This document shows, piece after piece, positions 30,794-44,142 of a DNA stretch of 64,000 nt (its first letter is position 1; each line of letters opens with the position of its first letter). The notes beneath the pieces were generated by a model, which was given only the letters and a program-made list of their open reading frames with translations, was not told the origin of the DNA and ran no database searches. The position numbers were made by a program, and so were the translations under genes. Where the stretch lies: assembly GCF_009914755.1 (NCBI RefSeq), contig NC_060945.1. One strand, given 5' to 3'. The DNA comes from the human T2T-CHM13v2.0 reference genome, Homo sapiens.

Positions 30794-32478
30794 GGGGGCA
30801 TGATGCCATAAGCCAACCAGCCCACAATGTCAAGTTTATCATCCAGAACACCAATGCGGCAGTGGCCATTTCGATTCGGAGTGTCTTCTTCTCTGAGGTG
30901 CCCATAATAGTCATTGACTGGGTTCAAATTGATGCCAATTCCTCAGTTCTTCATGATGAGTTCATGGCTCACAAACTTAGATTAATTCCCCTCATTAGTG
31001 AGGACATTGTGGACAAGCTGCTATCCTCCCGGGACTGCCCATGTGAAGAGTTCTGCTGAGTGCTTGGTGGAGTTCACCCTCGATGTGCAGTGCAATGATG
31101 ACCAGATTTGACATGTCACATCTTGAGACCTCATCTCCAACAGCCCCCAGGTCATTCCAGTGAAACAAGATGATGACCCTAATGACTACGTGGAGCAGGA
31201 TGACATTCTCATCATCAAGTTGAGAAAGGGCCAGGAGCTGAGACTTTGAGCCTATACAAAAAAGTGTTTTAGCAAGGAGCATGCCAAGTTGAACCTTACT
31301 GCAGGGGTGGCTTTTGAATACAATCCAGACAATGCCATGAGGCATGCAGTGTACCCCAAACCCAAGGAGTGGCCAAAGAGTGAGCACTTGGAGCTGGATG
31401 AGGATGAGTCACAGGTGCCCTGTGACCCCATGGGCAAGCCAGAAAGGTTTTACTACAACATGAATTCCTAAGGCTCTCTGTGTCCTTAAGCCATGTGCTC
31501 TTAGCCCTCACTGGATTGAAGAAGAAGCTGAGTGATTTAAAAACTCAATTAAGCCACGAGATCCAGAGTGACATGCTAACTATAAACTAGCTGCAGCTTG
31601 CTGCTTCAGCAAGAATGGGGATTCAAGCCAGCAGCTGGATTTGGGGGGTCTCTCTTGAGACTCTTCTAGTTTTTGGAAATCTAGTCTACTGTTGCTTGAG
31701 CTTCTTGGCAGGTCATCAGTACCAACTAGAAGCGGGTAATAGATTACTAGGGATGCCAGCGGCATTTAAGCAGGACAGTTTTTTACTGGCCCTAACTGCT
31801 AATCGCCAGCAGTGCTCCACAGATCCTAAAACATCCCTTTTAGCCTGTTTCCTAATGCGTCTGTAGGGGAGCCAACCGGACTTCTCTCCTGGTTAGTTCA
31901 GTTCTTTACTTTAAACGCTTTCTGTCCAAAAGGAATAATTTCAGTTGTACCTTAGATTTCTGGTATTAGGATTGAATGTCACAGCCTTCATTCAAAGGGC
32001 CTATAAACCCTTCCAGTTCTTTCCCCAAGTCTGTCCTACTAGCACTTCAAATTCACAGGCATCTTTAATTTGAGAAGTAACCTTCTGGGAAGAGCATCAG
32101 GCCATGGCTGTGCCCTCTCCCCTATGTAGATACAATATTTCACTCTCTACCCAGCAGTTACAAACCCCTTCACCACCAATACCTGATTATTTAGTTTGGT
32201 GATGGTGGTGGTGGTAGTGGTGGCAGTGGCCAGCAGGAGCAAGGGCCCCTCCCACATACACAGAAGTATTTCATTTCTCCCAAATGAAGGCTCTGGCCCT
32301 GACCTCTTAACACTGTCTCCAGGGAGGAACATACACAAAGCAGTTAATTAGCAGCCTGGAAAAAACACAGAAAGAAAGAGATATTTATTGATTAACAGAA
32401 GTTGTGTTTTTAAAAGTGTTTATTTTTGGCAATGAAGAGCACAACATAATCTCAAAAAAGTTAAAAAAAGAAAAGAAG
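30794..32478 (+). pseudogene. POLR2CP1: Processed pseudogene of POLR2C (RNA polymerase II subunit RPB3)
   Basis: Intronless. ATG at 30803 with codon 3 changed to TAA; peptides [32 protein letters not shown] and [29 protein letters not shown] match RPB3; deletions and frameshifts; stop at 31588-31590; long 3' UTR, decayed signal AATGAA (32431), A-tail, TSD core ACACAAATA at 30785-30793 and 32479-32487. Parent gene is certain; the specific pseudogene symbol is from memory. Confidence 0.95.
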
Positions 32479-33696
32479 ACACAAATAAATGGAAAGACTT
32501 CCCACGTTCATGGATTAGAAGACATTGTTCAAATGTCCATACCACCCAAAGTCTACACATTTAATGCAATTCCTATTAAAGTCATAGTGACATTTTTTGC
32601 AGAAATTGACAAAACAATTCTAAAAATTGTACAGAAGTACAAATGACCCCAAAGTAGCCTAAACAATCTTGACAAAAAGAGCAAAACTGGAGGCCTCAAA
32701 CTTTTTAACTTTAGAACATATTACAAAGCTATAGTCATCAAAAGACCATGGTACTGGAATAAAGATAGACATATAGGCTAATGGAACAATACTGAGAGTC
32801 CAGAAATAAACCCACACATATACAGTCAAATGATCTTTGACAGGATGCCAAGAGTACACAATGGGAAAAGGATAGTATCAAAAAATTGGTGCTGGAAAAA
32901 CTAGATATTCACATTCAAAAAGAATAAAATTGGATCCTTATTTTATATCATGCACAAAAATCAACTCAAAATAGATTAAAGACTTAAACATAAGACATGA
33001 ATTTATAAAACTCCAAGAAGGCAACATAGGGTAAAATTTTCATAACATTTGTCTTGGCAATTAATTCTTGGATATGACACCAAAAGCACAAGTAACAAAA
33101 GCAAAAATAGACAAATGGATTTACATCAAATGAAAAAGCCAGAAACTAAAAATCTTCTGCATAGTGAAGGAAATAATCAACCGAGTACAAAAGCAACCTA
33201 CAGAATGAGAGAAAATATTTGTAAACCATATATCTGACAGGGGGTTAATATAAAAATATACAAGAAACTCAATAGCAGAAAATAAAAATAAAAATAACTA
33301 TCTTCAAAGAAGAGATACAAATGACCGACAGGCATATGAAAAGACATTCTTCACTAATCATTAGAGAAATGCAAATCAAAACCACACTGAGGTATCATCT
33401 CACACTCATTATGATGGTCATTATAAAAAATTAAAAATTAAAAAAATAAAGTGTTGGCAAGGATGTGGAAAAATTTGAACCGTGTGCACTACTGGTAAGA
33501 ATATAAAATGATGTTGCCACTATAAAAAAAACAGCATAGAGATTGATAGAAAAATTAAAAATAAAAACTACCATTTGATCCAGCAATCCCACTTCTGGGC
33601 ATTTATCCAAAAGAGCTGAAATCAGGACATGGAAGATATTTGCCCTTCCGTGTTCATTGCAGCATTATTCACAATAGATAAGAATTAGAAACAACT

Positions 33697-33998
33697 GGTC
33701 GGGAGCGGTGGCTCATGCCTGTAATCCCAGCATTTTGGGAGGCCGAGGCGGGCAGATCACGAGGTCAGGAGATTGAGACCATCCTGGCTAACATGGTGAA
33801 ACACCATCTCTACTAAAAATAAATAAATAAAAAAATTAGCCGAGCGCGGTGGCAGGCAGGTGCCTGTAATCCCAGCTACTCCGGAGGCAGAGGCAGGAGA
33901 ATGGCGTGAACCCAGGACGGCGAGCTTGCAGTGAGCCGAGATCACGCCACTGAACTCCAGCCTGGGTGACAGAGCGAGATTCCGTCTCAAAAAAAGAA
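33697..33998 (+). mobile_element. AluY
   Basis: gaatggcgtgaacc, gagcttgcagtg diagnostics; 16-bp TSD AAGAATTAGAAACAAC at 33680-33695 and 33999-34014. Confidence 0.95.
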
Positions 33999-36039
33999 AA
34001 GAATTAGAAACAACCTAAAAGTTTATCAGCAATATGTATGGATAAAGAAAATGTACTATATATTTATACAATAGAATATTATTCAGCCATAAAAAGAAGA
34101 AAATTCTGTTACATAGATATACCTTGAGGACATTATGCCAAGTGAAATACGCCAGTACAAGAAAGACAAATAGTACTTGATTCCACTATGTGAAGTATCT
34201 AAAATAGTCAAACTCATGGAAATATAGAGTAAAATTATGGTTTCTAGATGCTAGGAAGAGGGACAAATGGGAAAATTGCTGTTCCGTGAGCATAAAGTTT
34301 TAATCATACAAGAGACAAAATTTTCACAGATCTGCTCTACAACATTATGCTTATAGTTAACAATGCTGTACCATACACCCAAAATTTAAGAGGAAAGATC
34401 TTACGTGTTTTTTACCACAATAAAAAAATTTTGTAACATTCACAGAAAAAATTTTTTTTTACTTTATTTGTACATATAATGGAACCTTTTGATCTACAGC
34501 TCAAAGGCAAAAAGCAATCATTCCAAATTAAATTATCTTGGTTAATATGGCTGTTTACAATAGGGAATATGGCTCATCACACTCCAACTGAAAAATAAAG
34601 ACTTTCTAATCTCAATAGCCTGGCCTGTAATAAGAATATAAAATTATAAACGCAAACTTTCAACTCCCAAGTGAAGCATGAATTCCAGAGCCACTGTATA
34701 TTGAGAGTGGGGAGAAGTGTATGCTTAAGGGTAAGATTCATATTTTATATTTTATCTCCCTGGAGGAACAGCGTCTCTCCTCAAAGAGAGAGCCATCACA
34801 GTGTAAAGCATAATACAATGGCAATCAAAGGGGCATCCACAGATAACCATGTTCATTACATTGCCTTTAATTGCTTTAGCCTAAAAGACAGCAGCCCAAA
34901 AGTATAGATCCATGGCAGATCATTGTACTTAAACAGTCAAATATGTATCCTTCATATTTTAAAATATAGCCACTGGCCCACCAAATAGGAGTTCTACTGT
35001 CCACTTCTCTCACACTGCCTTCTACACAGTATAAAACCTTTCATCTTGACATAATTAGAAGAATCTTCCAAACAAGTAAAACTATGACTTGCTCACATGC
35101 CTACTTTTCCCACATGACCGTGGCAAAATCAGATATTGTCAGACAACTTGAGGACCTCAATTCACCATAGAATTTTCATAAAATGGTTAAGAGGTAGGAT
35201 CCTATGGTTCATGGAGGAAATTTGGGAAGAATTCATGCTTAGGCTAATAAAAAATACAGTTCATTCATTCATCTCCATGAAGACAGGAAAACTATGCCAT
35301 TCTGATCTTCACTGTATCAATCAATGGTCTGTAATTGTTCAGTAAAAATTCTTCAAATGAAGGAATGTCCAAAGTTGTCTGGATTCAGTCTGTAAAAGAG
35401 TAATTAAGCTTTTGCTTTTGCTTAATATACATGCCTTGACAGTATATTAAAGTGCTTAATTAAGCAGCTTTTTTATGGTCACAGAAGTCTTTGTGATATT
35501 TAACATTATGAAATCTACATATTCAGAGCCACCTCTAGTCTATAAAATTAAAGTATTTACATATAATTTAATCACATATTTTCTTCACAAAAGGCATTAT
35601 TTAAGATATGGCAACTAAATCAGAGAATTCTGGACAATTGCTTTTGTTCATAATTTTATCCAAATGATGAAGTTCATAATTACACAATGTTACAGTTATG
35701 AATATATTAAGGTAGACCTTAAAAGCTCACAGCAAAAGAGTAACACAGTGTCTGAGATTGTGCAATGTACCAAAGAGGATATTGACTTTACTCTGGATAA
35801 TACGCAGACAAATTTACATTTATGTCTTAAACTTAACCCCTAACCTTATAAATGATTGAATGCACCCAGTGGCTTATTTTCTGTAAATCAGTAAGTAACC
35901 TCAAATGAATGCATCAATTTTCATAATGCATGCATTGTTAGTATCATCTAATATTTTTATTTCAAGTAAATAACCATATTATTCATGCTAGTAGCTGGTA
36001 CAAACCTTTACCATTCTTCTTAAATTACTTAGCTGGACT

Positions 36040-36945
36040 CACCCACTCATTTTAACAGATGGCCAAGCCTCCTACCTCACAGAGAAAATAGCAGCCATCA
36101 GTCACAAACCGCACCTCTTGTATTATCTGCATGTTCCCCAGCTTTCTCTCCTTCCCTTCTGTCCCAAAGGATGTCTTGCCTGTCTTCCAAAGATAACACT
36201 TTAATCTGTACTCCTGATTTCATCTTCTTCCTTTCTTCCTCTCTATGTTTACTGAGTGCCTTCTGATGCCAGAATATTCTAAGCCTGGGGACACAGTGTG
36301 AAACAAGACACAAAGCCCCTCTCCTTGTGGACTTTGCATTCTATTATGTGTCCTCCAACGCCTTTTCAATATTCACCACCGTTTTTTGAATCTTCACTGT
36401 ATCCTCTGTCGTGGCTGTTCTCTTTTAGCTTACAAACCTGTCTAACTTGTCCTCATCCTTAAAATGAATCTGCTTATTTTGCTGAATTTGAAGGCATGTA
36501 TTTCCTTCCCTTACTGCTGTACTTCTAGAATCAGCTGCAGTTTCTGTTTCTACTTTCACTTCCCTTTTTCACTCCTCAGTGCACAGCTATCTATTTTTCT
36601 TTTGTTCTCTGTACTCCAGTGAAACATTTATCCTCAGCCTTTGACACACTCTTCCTTCCCTTGAGTCCTCATGAATCCTAGGACAGAATATAGTTTATTC
36701 TTCTGGCTACACTTTTTGCTACTGCTTCATTCTCTGCTTGCAACCTTACTGTTTGACTCCCCAAGATTTCTTCTTTGGCCTTCTTTTCTCATTCTGCCCA
36801 TTCTTCTTGAATTATCCTACCCACACCCATGGTTTCAACTACTACCTATGTGCTAACAACTCCAAAATTCTGTTTTCAGAGCCTTCTGAATTCCTTATCT
36901 ATATTTTCAAGTACTCCAAAAGCATTCTCATTTAAATAGCCATAT
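36040..36945 (+). mobile_element. Degenerate L2 fragments
   Basis: cctcacagagaaaatagcagccatca...ccatggtttcaactactacctatgtgctaacaactccaaaat; pyrimidine-rich L2 ORF pattern. Confidence 0.55.
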
Positions 36946-36964
36946 CATGTGCTAAAGATGTGGT

Positions 36965-37458
36965 ACGTATTGCCACAGAGAAACACAGAGAAAATATTAC
37001 CAGCTGTGATTATAGAAAAGCTCCAAAATCTCAGTGGCTTAATAAAATATGAGTGTTTTGTTGTTGGTGGTGGTGGTGTTGGTTTCGTTTTTGCTCATGT
37101 AAGGTCCAGTTGGAGGTGGTGGTGGCGGCAGTGTGGTGTAGAGGGTAAAGGTGGTTCTGAGACCCAAGTTCATGAAGAATCTCCCCTCTATTATGTCGCT
37201 TGCCAGGTCATTCAAGAAAGTTTTATCCAGCCAGTGGATGGGAAGAGAGTTTGGAAGGGGTGGAAGATTTTATGTGACAGTTTTGGAATTGTTATATTTT
37301 CACTCACATTCCATTGAACAGAATTCAGTGACATGGTCCCACCTAGATCCAAAGGGGTTGGAAATGATAGTCCATGTCTGGGCAGCCACTTCATAGCATC
37401 CTCTATATTATGCAAGAGGAGCAAATCTTTAGTAGTTGGTTAAAAGTGTTTGCTACAG
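36965..37458 (-). mobile_element. Old MaLR LTR (MLT1I/J-like)
   Basis: ccaaaatctcagtggcttaa...cactcacattccattgaacagaattcagtgacatgg...ctgggcagccactt. Confidence 0.6.
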
Positions 37459-37724
37459 AAATCCATAGGTGACCTTTCTAGACAGAATTTTGTTTCTGAT
37501 CAGTTGAATAAGGATCGCGAAGAGTGAAAGTGGAGACGAACAGGGTGATTCTTTTCTGGAAGCACAATGTTAGTGTTTAGGTGCTCATTTAATGTTCTTA
37601 GAACCAAAATTTGGCTGTTAGGGAAACGACAAAGCTCAGGAAGCAACTGATTTCTCTACCTTCCATTTTTATTTCCCTTAATCCAAACTTCATATAATTT
37701 GAATGTCAGAGTGTCATATGTTGC

Positions 37725-38130
37725 TGGATATAGTTTGGATGTTCGTCCCCTCCAAATCTCATGTTAAAATGTAATCCCCATTGTTTGAGGTGGGGCCTCA
37801 TGGGAGGTGTTTGGGTCATGGAGGCAGGTGCCTCATGAATGGCTTGGTGCCATCCCCATGGTAACAAGTGAGTTCTCGCTCTGGTAGTTCATGCAACTGC
37901 TGGTTGTTTAAAAGAGTGTGGCACCTCCCTCCACTCACACCATGTGAGAGGCCCACTCCCTCTTTGCCTTCCACCATGACTGTAAACTCCCTGAAGCCCT
38001 CAGCAGAAGTAGAGACTGGCACCATTCTTCTTGTACAGCCCATAGAAACATGAGTCAATTAAATCTCTTTTCTTAGTAAATTACCCAGTCTCAGGTATCT
38101 TTATAAGAACACAAAAACAACACTAACACG
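37725..38130 (+). mobile_element. MSTB solo LTR
   Basis: gatatagtttggatgttcgtcccctccaaatctcatg...aaattacccagtctcaggtat...ctaacac; flanked by (g)ttgc on both sides. Confidence 0.88.
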
Positions 38131-38809
38131 TTGCCCTCCTTCATTCCTTATTTTTTTTTCTTTAAATATATAGTTATTTTTCTAATAATAAAAGTATAGA
38201 TTAATCTTTCCGAAACTCAATTAATTATTTCATTCCCTGAGTTAAGACATTCAATAATATCTCCAGTGATTCCAAGAGGAAGTGCGAACACATATGATGT
38301 CATGAAAGGCGGTACAATGGCACTCCAGCCAACCTTACCTGCCTTTCACCGAGCTTTATTGTCTGCTATCATTCTGTACCACTTTAGCACCCATAAGGTC
38401 TATTTTCCACTGCCAGAAAGCAGATGGCAACAAAGAAAATGCTGGCAGTACTATTCCCCATGTGGTTTTTGTTTAGAGTCACTATTGAGAAGCACCACAC
38501 AAGACATGGAAAGCAAATGCCTCCAAATCCAAATTCCAAAGATTGGGAGGGCATTATTCCCCAGATATTGTGAGCAGACACATGGGTGGTCATGAGATTT
38601 GAAGCACATTCTGAATGAACACTTGAAAATCACCTCAATAAGTATTCTGCACTGAGATAGTCTTTATCTCCCCGAAAGCCTTCCAATGAGAATAAACTTC
38701 TAATTCCCTGCATTAAACATTTCAAACTTGCAATACATAGAGTAGCTGAGATTTCCTTGAACAAACCTTGACATATAATGTCCATCATTATGCCATAACG
38801 CTCTCAAGT

Positions 38810-38814
<5 letters not shown>

Positions 38815-38844
<30 letters not shown>
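38815..38844 (+). repeat. (CA)n microsatellite
   Basis: About 15 CA units. Confidence 0.95.
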
Positions 38845-38846
<2 letters not shown>

Positions 38847-39924
38847 AAAACCAAAATTCTTACCATTACCAAAATCCAATTCATTGTTTTGATACATGCT
38901 TTTCTGTATGGCATGTCCTTTTCCTGACATTTCTGTCTGACAAAAGTCCTGTTCATCCTTCAAATTCAAATACCACCGTCTAACTGAGTCCTTCCATGAT
39001 TTCCCCAATTATAGACACATGCTCCTTGGGGAGCCCATAACATCTTATTCATACCACTTACATGGTATTTATAACATCATTTATATGCCCTCACCTTGTA
39101 GAGAGAAATTATGTTTCATTACACTCTGTGGCCTTAGTTCTTAGTACAAACATTGTCGTATAGTAAGCATTCAATAATGTGTTGGATAAATGGTCCATTT
39201 TGAAACAAAATGTCATTAATGTAGGTGAACATTTTCTTCACAGCATACTCTGAAAATTGGGAGAGTAAACCTACATGCTGGGAGTATACTTAAGGCTCAC
39301 TGAAGCATTTCAGGCACCACCCCCTCTCTCCAGTAGGACACAAGCATGAGAGACAGATAAATGAGCAATGGGAAGACACACACCATCTTCCACCTCTCCC
39401 TCACCTTTCTCCTCTCAATCTCTTATCACTTATAAAATTAGTTATTTCATTTATTGGCCTACTGGGAGTAGGTTTTATACCAATCCCTGACTCCAGTATC
39501 CACCATTACACGCTTTTTCCTCCTGAAGACTTACTGTAGAGAAAAGGTTTTCTACATGTAGTCACATTAATGGTTCTATGTGTCTGACCTTCCTGTAGGA
39601 GGTGCCCTAGTTGCCCAGACAAGTGGTGCCACCTGCCTGGGTGCAGGGGAACATGCTCCTGACGCATTGCAAGGCAGGAGCAGCACCGCTAGGAGCTAAG
39701 CCCCAACTGCAACGTTCGTTTTCCTTCATTAACATAGGGTCAAAATGGCTCCACTTTTTAAAATGGCTCCTTTTTAATTAAATTGATGCCAGCTTCTGTG
39801 TTTCACCCTATCCCAGGAATTTTCAGTCCGTGACTTAAGGCAAGGACAGAGAAAAAATAAATAATAATTTGAGTAGCCCTTTCTCTTGGATTTTAATCTC
39901 CAGAAGCTTTGTTCAGGTCAACTA

Positions 39925-40460
39925 CCATTCAACAAACTCACAGCCACATATTCCATTGATTCATGCTGCAAATACGGCATTGATTGGGCAGTGAAATTAC
40001 TGGGGTTTTTCTGGGGGCTAGAGTAGACTGATAAAATAAGCGTGCTCTTTACCATCTTGGAGCTTACAGTTTTTGGAGGAAGTAAAAGGAGAAAATAAAT
40101 AAAAAGAAACGTTCAATATAATATAAGGTAAGAGGTAAGTTCTATAAAGTAAAATAGAGCAGAGCAACAGGATAGAGAGGGTGGGAAGGGGCAGATGGAT
40201 CACACTATTTTAGATGGTGTGGGTAAACGTCTCCAGTGTAATGAGGAGCCTTCTGTGCTAGACCTGAGTAAAGGAAATAAGCCATAGAAATGGAAAGATC
40301 TACGGGAAGAGCATTCCAAACAAAAAAGAATAGAAAGATCCTGAGGCCTGGAGTGTCTAAAGACACTCCACAAGAAGGGCTGATGTGGCTTCAACTGAGT
40401 AGGGGGAGACAAGCTGGAGAGGCGGGCAGGGGCTAGTTCTGTGAGAGTCTTGCAACAGGA
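39925..40460 (-). mobile_element. L2 3' region
   Basis: ccattcaacaaa...ggagcttacag...tattttagatgg...gggaagagcattccaaac...ctgaggcctggagtgt. Confidence 0.65.
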
Positions 40461-41676
40461 GTCAAAATTTCCACGTAGGTCTAAATTATTGTCACACTTG
40501 TGACAAGACTTTAATTAGGGCCATGCTCAATGTGCCTTATTCCTCTTGAGGAGTGAAAATAAATTAGGCAGTCTAGAATAAGTAAAACCAAGAAAGTTAT
40601 TTCTGGTGTCAATTGTCCTGTTATTTGTCATGCTACCTATTTTCTAAAAGAAATTACCTTATTAAAGCATCTCATTTATTTACACCCAAAGGGCTTTGCA
40701 TAAACTGAAATTAAATCGGTGTGAGGGCTTTTACAAACTTGGGGGAAATTACTTCTCAGCCTGAAAGTAGTAAGGGAGATTTTGCCAATGACCTTATGAA
40801 ATCTTTTTAACTTCCTAGGAATGCAATCATGTTTTCAGAGCTTTCTGAATAAACCTTAGAGAGATCTATTGTTTTAGATATGAGAACACTGCTATTTCTG
40901 CAAAAATCATCCAGGTCATTAGTGGCTGATTCATTCACATTTCTGCAGTAGCTCAGTATGTAGAGCAGGCTTTGAACCAGATACAACCAGACTTACAATC
41001 GATTCTCAATCTTTCTACCACTCTGAACCTCAGTTTTACAAATTAATTGACAATAGAATCAAATGTAGATACCTGGTCTAGTGCCTGGCACATCACATAA
41101 ACTTTAAACTAGTGGTTCTTTGTCCTTAGCCAGTTGTATTTCATGAAACTTGTAGGCAAGAACATTGTTGTACTTACTTCCGTGCAAAATATTCTCCAAT
41201 GCCATAGTATATTTTGCCCCCCTCATTCACTTTTGCCTTTCAATTACCATGTTTCTTACAGGCTAAGTCAGTTTAAGAGCCCTCCTTCCTCCCCAAATAT
41301 GAAAGCCTTCAAACTGGAATGGGCCTCTGAGGTAACTAGGAACTGTGTCATATCATAGATACGACAAACAAATAGATTGCAAACCTATCCAACAGGACTT
41401 TAAACATATATTCTGAGCCTATCTATTTCATCTCACAGACCCATATTTTGATTTGGAAGACATTTCAACACATGTAAATTCACTCCCATTGATGAGTCAG
41501 ACACTTAACCTCAGAATATGGTATATGAATGCTGTCTGCTTCCAGGATCTATAGCAGCAATGTGTTGCTTGAAGAAAGAAAATATATAGTTGAGCCTATC
41601 ACACATTTGTTTCTGGTTTCTTTCTGTTACGGAGTTTTCAACTTCTAAGCTCCTGAGGAGACATCCTTGACAAAAT

Positions 41677-41748
41677 ACACACACACACACACACACACAC
41701 AAGCACATGCATGCACTCACACGTGCACACACACACACACACTCACTC
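41677..41748 (+). repeat. Compound (CA)n / RY microsatellite
   Basis: acacacac...gcacatgcatgcactcacacgtgcacacacac. Confidence 0.9.
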
Positions 41749-41900
41749 ATACTTGCTGTGTGTATGTAAGGGAGCATTTTGCGGATTATTCCAGAATCTG
41801 CAAATCATTAGGCTCAGAGGCAAACCCAGGGTTTACTGATTGGCAGTTTTGTTCACTTGCTTCCAATGCATTGTCACCTCTATATAAAAATGATCTATCC

Positions 41901-42211
<311 letters not shown>

Positions 42212-43521
42212 CTACACAGGATATGGCCCTATCTGCCTATTCTGTAATGAACTGTCCCAGACAATGAAGCCTGAGACAAGCCCATAGCTAGGTTTTATAC
42301 TAACATATGGCATGACTCCTAAGTCTATTCTTGCCACAAATTGGTTATATATCATTGTCAGTTTATTAAAACTCATCTCAAAACACATGTATAAAATTTA
42401 AGTAGTAAAATTACACATAGATCCTAGACTTCCTTAACAATCTCAATGTGTGAAACACATTTGCCTTCATCCATGGCGTTTGATGCTTTTTTCTTCTGAA
42501 CACGCATGGTCAGGACATTGGGGCAGACTTATCTGAGAGTCAGATTTCCTGAACATTAAAGGACACTGAAGAATCTCAGATGTGTTGAGGTTTATATTTT
42601 TCTACTTTTCCCGACTGGGTTCTGAGAAGCTAGCCGCTGAGTTGGAGCCATATTGAGGAAAACAGATCAGAGAAGAGAATTGGAAAGCCACTATAACACT
42701 GGGAAAAGGCAAAGTAACCCTTTTCAATATTGTCACCTTTTCCCTTGTCTTTGATCAGAGTTCTTTCCTTCTATCCCTGAGTTTTCCATTTGGTTTCTAT
42801 GCCCCCCATCCACCAAAACCCACACCTAGTGCATCTTATATGTAGTCTTGTCATATTGTTTGTCTTTTCAACTTCAACAAATTGGACAGAGGATGGTTTT
42901 TAAATGTTTCCATTTACAGATTCCAGTTTTCACCTTTACTATTTTGAAATATGCCAAGCACTTCATCCGTGTCATCTTCATTAGAATTAGTGATCATTAC
43001 TATTCATAAAAATATTGTAATATGAAACAAATAAATGTCATCTGCAAGAAATAATATCCTAATTTGCTGAAAATTCCCTACCTTCAAAAACCGCAATTAA
43101 TTTTGCACCAACCTAATAAATCAAATTCAAAAAACTTTTTTGGAAACATTACTCCCAGTGAAAACATTCACATGTTAACAATTTGCTTTCTTCTTTGGAT
43201 CTCCCTTCTTACCCTTCCTTATATTGTCTTACGCTTAATTTTCATAGGTCATTATTTCGTTAAAGCAAAAAAATAAGGGATTAAAAATAAATTCATCTTT
43301 GCCTGGTACCTACAAGGAAATGCCCTAAATGTCATTAATAAGAAACTTCTTTCCGTGTCACTTTTTTTTTCCTCAGGTTTTTTCTATTGCATGAACATTA
43401 TTTGATGGGGTAAGTGTAAAATAATTACAGCAACACATATGTTGCACGTAGTCCCCAAAATACGAAGCAGCAAATTTGTGCTTTTTCATAAGTAGAGAAA
43501 TAGAAATAAAATAACCTAAAA

Positions 43522-43787
43522 TAGTGTTTCCAAAATGTAAGCCCTAGATCAGTAGCAACAATACCACTAGGAACTTGTTAATAATGCAAATTATTAAGGA
43601 TCTATCTCATAGATAGATCCTTAATATTCAGTATCTATCTCATAGATAGATCCTTAATATTCAGTATCTTAATATTCAGTATCTCATAGATACTGAATCA
43701 GAAATTCAGAAGTGCAGCCCAGCAGTCTGAAGTTTAAACAAGTTCTCCAGGTGATTTTCATGTACCCTAAAGTTTGAGGATCACTGA
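43522..43787. mobile_element. MER5A-like MITE with an internal hairpin/tandem expansion (43592-43698)
   Basis: gaacttgttaataatgcaaatt...tactgaatcagaaa...aacaagttctccaggtgatt...taaagtttgaggatcactg. Confidence 0.8.
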
Positions 43788-44142
43788 CATAAAGGTGGAT
43801 TTTTCTAACTAGGATAAATGAATTGTCTCTACCTGTGTCCATACCTGAAGATCTTTAAGGAGCCCTGCTTCATGACCAACGACAAAGTAACAAACTTGTT
43901 ACACAAGAAGCCCAGAGTTAACTGTGGAAGTTGCCTGTTAGTATTGAGAAGATTGAAATGGGCCTGGGTATGTAGCTTATAGAGGAAAAATGAAGACTTT
44001 ATCATAAAAAAATAAAAATGCAAAGACTGGTGAATCTATGCAAGTCACAATGTAACTATTTTAACACTATTATATGTTCATAACTATTAGAAATGAAACA
44101 AAAATTCATTTAAGTAAACTAAAAGAATGTCACCTGAGGATG

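Larger units (their letters stand above)
26380..34427 (+). mobile_element. Near full-length old L1MA (L1MA8-10-like), hosting MLT1A, the POLR2C retrocopy and an AluY
   Basis: 5' UTR from about 26380, ORF1 relic about 27480-28400, ORF2 relic from about 29190 (track fragments 29707-29904, 30502-30690, 32404-32646), internal ORF2 deletion near 30070, 3' end ttaagaggaaagatctt...ttaccacaataaaaaaa. Confidence 0.85.

Noticed and set aside
30757-31059. 100-aa ORF with RPB3 homology as a possible functional retrogene
   Set aside because: Starts at a TTG in L1/(CA)n sequence; the true ATG is followed by TAA at codon 3, and the CDS has deletions and frameshifts.
30995-31387. 130-aa minus-strand ORF
   Set aside because: Antisense shadow frame of the POLR2C pseudogene with no recognisable homology.
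34430-36040. Repeat-poor stretch as possible lncRNA exons or enhancer (likewise 9880-11000)
   Set aside because: No exon structure, CpG island or ORF can be supported from sequence alone.
43600-43680. 33-bp repeats as a CRISPR-like array
   Set aside because: Directly tandem with no spacers, in eukaryotic DNA with no cas genes.
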